Shown in pieces: positions 61,103-64,000 of a stretch of DNA of 64,000 nucleotides. The notes beneath the pieces were generated by a model that had not been told where the DNA came from, did not search any database, and saw only the letters and a program-made list of their open reading frames with translations. Both the position numbers and the translations under genes were made by a program. This DNA comes from Lama guanicoe (Eukaryota). The first letter of the stretch is position 1. Each line of letters opens with the position of its first letter. The DNA lies in assembly GCA_013239625.1 (NCBI GenBank), contig MU053873.1, positions 1,006,524 to 1,070,523 of the forward strand, given 5' to 3'.

Positions 61103-61232
61103 TTTTTTTTTCCATTTTTAAAACTGAAGTATAGTCAGTTCACAATGTGTCAATTTCTGGGGTTCAGTATAATGTTTCAGTCAGACATAGGCATACATAT
61201 ATTTCTTTTCATATTCTTTTTCATTATAGGTT
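61103..61232 (-). mobile_element. Cetartiodactyl-type L1 extreme 3' end
   Basis: polyT-aactgaagtatagtcagttcacaatgtgtcaatttctggggttcag...catatatttcttttcatattctttttcattataggtt. Confidence 0.75.
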
Positions 61233-62959
61233 TTATTTCCTTTTTTTTTTCTGTATACTTTATTTTGATGAAAAACTTTATAGGCACTGCTAGACAGAAG
61301 TCCCTACCTTCAGATGTTCCAGCAGATTCTATGGACCCTGCAGGGAAGGATTCCATCAAGCCAAAGAGAGACCCCACAGGCAACTTGCACAGGACCGAGG
61401 ACACCTGGGGGAAGACTGTCTGGGAGCCACCCAGGACTTGAGGTAGGGATGGCTGGGACACAGCACAGGGATGACTCAGGGAAACATGGTGCAGAAAGAA
61501 CCAGCAGCCTTCATCACCCCTACAACCCAAAATAACTTCCAGGTGGCACTGGAGTGGGATGTGGATCTGGGTGCTCAGAGATGGCAGACACAACCACCAG
61601 GGTGGTTGTTCTAAGAAGCCCCGATTTTCTCCCAGACACAGGTGGATCCTAGAAGCTCCAGAAGGAGCACTGAACGTCTTACTTGCATTTCTGACTGAGG
61701 AGCTGCTAGGGCAACGTGGCCAACAACAAGCAATGCAGATTCCTGACCATCATCCATGCCATGTAGCCAACATCTGGTTTTATGCTGAAATACGAAGATG
61801 GACCTTCTTCAGATATCCCAGAGCCCGATGAGATTGGCTATCATGGTTTCCCTGTTGTTCCTGGACAAAGACTCTACAGGAACTTCAAAGCCAGAAGACT
61901 ATGTCAGACAAGGTTAAATATCTGGAGAAACAGAACTATGCTCCCTTGAGTACAAGGGACATCAGCCAAGCTTTGAAACCAAGACCAGCTCTTTAAGAAG
62001 CTTTCAGTACAAAATCCTTGAGATATACCGGTGCGCTTTCCACATGTCTGAAAGGGCAAAACTGAAACCCGGGCTAGTGGTGCTCTTATCCAAGGTTACA
62101 ATATCTCTACACTCTGCTGAAAGTTTAAAATAACTTCAAAAGGGCCGCCGGCTTCTAAGTGGGTTACTGTTACACAGGAGCCAAACACTGTACTAATAGG
62201 AGGAGAGACATTTCAGTCTGTAATATTATCTCATCAAAAAATTCCTGGGGATTTAAAAGGGAAACTTCCTTCCTTTTGTCCTTTTGCTGCTGTCGACCGG
62301 GGTAGGGTGTCAATGCCATACAGAGTTTCACGTGAAACAACAGTCCTGGACCTTTTCTTAAAAGGTGTGGTGGCCAGAATCAAGACTCATAATTTATGTG
62401 AAAGAATGGAAAAGGCCAGCTCCACCCATTTTTCTCTTGAATCATAAGGATTATTTTTCCCTTCTATGTACAAAGAAACAGACAATTCCTCTGCTCTTTG
62501 AATAGACAGCCTGAACCTTTTTCTGGATCTAGAATCCAGAGGTACCTGAATACAGCAACCCCCTCCCACTGCTGTCATAGCAATGGGGGCAGAAGGTACC
62601 CCAAACGCAGAAAAGGAGCTGCCTGTTGCTGCCGTTTGCTGGAAACTTCCAAATGGGAACTGCGTGTGGATTAAACCGGCATTTCTCTGCTGAGGGCTCT
62701 GGTGTTTTGAACAATAAGCTCAAGCCTTCTGCAGTAGGTGCCCCCTTTTTAAAGAAAATCCAAGAATGGCCTCTCTCCTATTTGATTCCTCTGAACCGAA
62801 AAGAACAACTGAGAAGCTGCCTGTCAGAACCTGGGTAAAGCAGCAAGGACTTCAAATCCACCTTCTCACTGGAGCATCTCCCACGCCCTGGAACTTCATT
62901 TTGTCAGATAATTATGTTGAAACTTAGATACGGCCCTGTGTATACCTCATGTCCGACTT

Positions 62960-63750
62960 CACAAACCTCCACTTAGAACTTTCATTTCCAACTTCAAGTA
63001 GGTAAGGAGATGTTTCATAAGTTAAATCTTGTATATAAAAAAGTATCCAATAGCCTATAGAAAACCATTTGAACATGTAAGCCAAATTTAATTCCAAATC
63101 TATTCTTAAAGTGACTCAAAGTGACAAAGAGCTACCAGATGACAAGATTGATCTCTACATAGAAATTCGCTGACATGGCTTTAGTTCAAATTACAAGGCA
63201 ACACAATAAAGGACATTTGACTGTTCTCACCATAAAAAGGTAAGGATTACATGCTTACACAAAGAGGTATTAAATCGAGAAGAAGTATGTTGGAGGGGAA
63301 AAGGTAAAGTGGGATTCTCCTTCGTCCAGATTTAAAAAGAATACTGTAAAACAGCAAAATCAACAAAACTACATGATGCCAGTCTGAAACTAGAAAAATA
63401 AAACAAGTGGAAAAGAAATTCCAAAAAATACATTTAGATTTTTATAAGATCTTAATATGATGCAAACCAGGGCAACGTAAGGACGTAGAAAGGGCTCGTT
63501 TAATAAATTCTGTTGGGACAGGAGGACAGCAATGCAGAGAAAAGCTCAGCCTGGCCATCTGTGTGTAACTCTGAGAACTGACGAGGCGACACGAGTTAAG
63601 GGCAATCAACAAGCTAGACCTCGATAGGGGAGGCAGAACGGACCATGTATTTGTAAAACTTCTCCATGTCATCAGTAACAGAGAGGGATGAAATGATAGA
63701 GTTATGAAATATACACAGTTTACTGTAAGAAAACAGGAAAACCATCAGCC
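62960..63750 (+). mobile_element. Degraded ancient L1M fragments (approximate)
   Basis: A-rich; agctaccagatgacaagattgatctctacata...aaggacatttgactgttctcacc...gcagaacggaccatgtatttg. Confidence 0.35.
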
Positions 63751-64000
63751 TTGTTGCTGGCTTACTGCATAGCAAAATCACCAAAGTAAATCAATGCTAC
63801 GCCCCACGAGGGAGGCCTGCTGGGTGCATGTGAACCCACCTGGCTGGCTGCGCTGCAAACTGGCTCAGTTTACGGGGAACTGGGCTAGCAAATGCAACAG
63901 ACTCCAGACCCTATGACCTTCTTTCCCTCACAATTCCATTTTTAGAACAGATCCTGAGGAAGTAATCTAAAACAGAGAAGTAACTTCACATGGTAAAACC

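Overview
This is mammalian genomic DNA. It is probably camelid, judged from a vic-1-like tRNA-derived SINE and the absence of recognisable Alu, B1, Bov-A or PRE1 elements. The whole window lies inside one minus-strand gene, ZNRF3, the transmembrane PA-domain/RING-H2 E3 ligase that down-regulates Frizzled and is inhibited by R-spondins. Eight coding exons (2-9) splice through canonical GT-AG sites into an intact 2484-nt frame (827 aa + stop). Exon 1 (signal peptide and start of the PA domain) lies beyond the right edge, and the 3' UTR probably continues past the left edge. The rest is intron, including a 44.1-kb intron 2, with old L1, L2, MIR, MaLR LTR and DNA-transposon fragments. The most notable non-coding signals are: a near-perfect ~420/466-bp tandem duplication (possibly an assembly artefact); an intronic CpG island with a perfect TCF/LEF site; further TCF/LEF-containing enhancer-like patches; three co-oriented CTCF-like motifs; and a tiny polyadenylated retro-insertion inside an old L1. 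I find no convincing evidence of a new biological system. Nearly all ORFs in the supplied track are chance intronic or antisense frames. Repeat subfamily names and comparisons with human ZNRF3 are from memory and need RepeatMasker or alignment confirmation.
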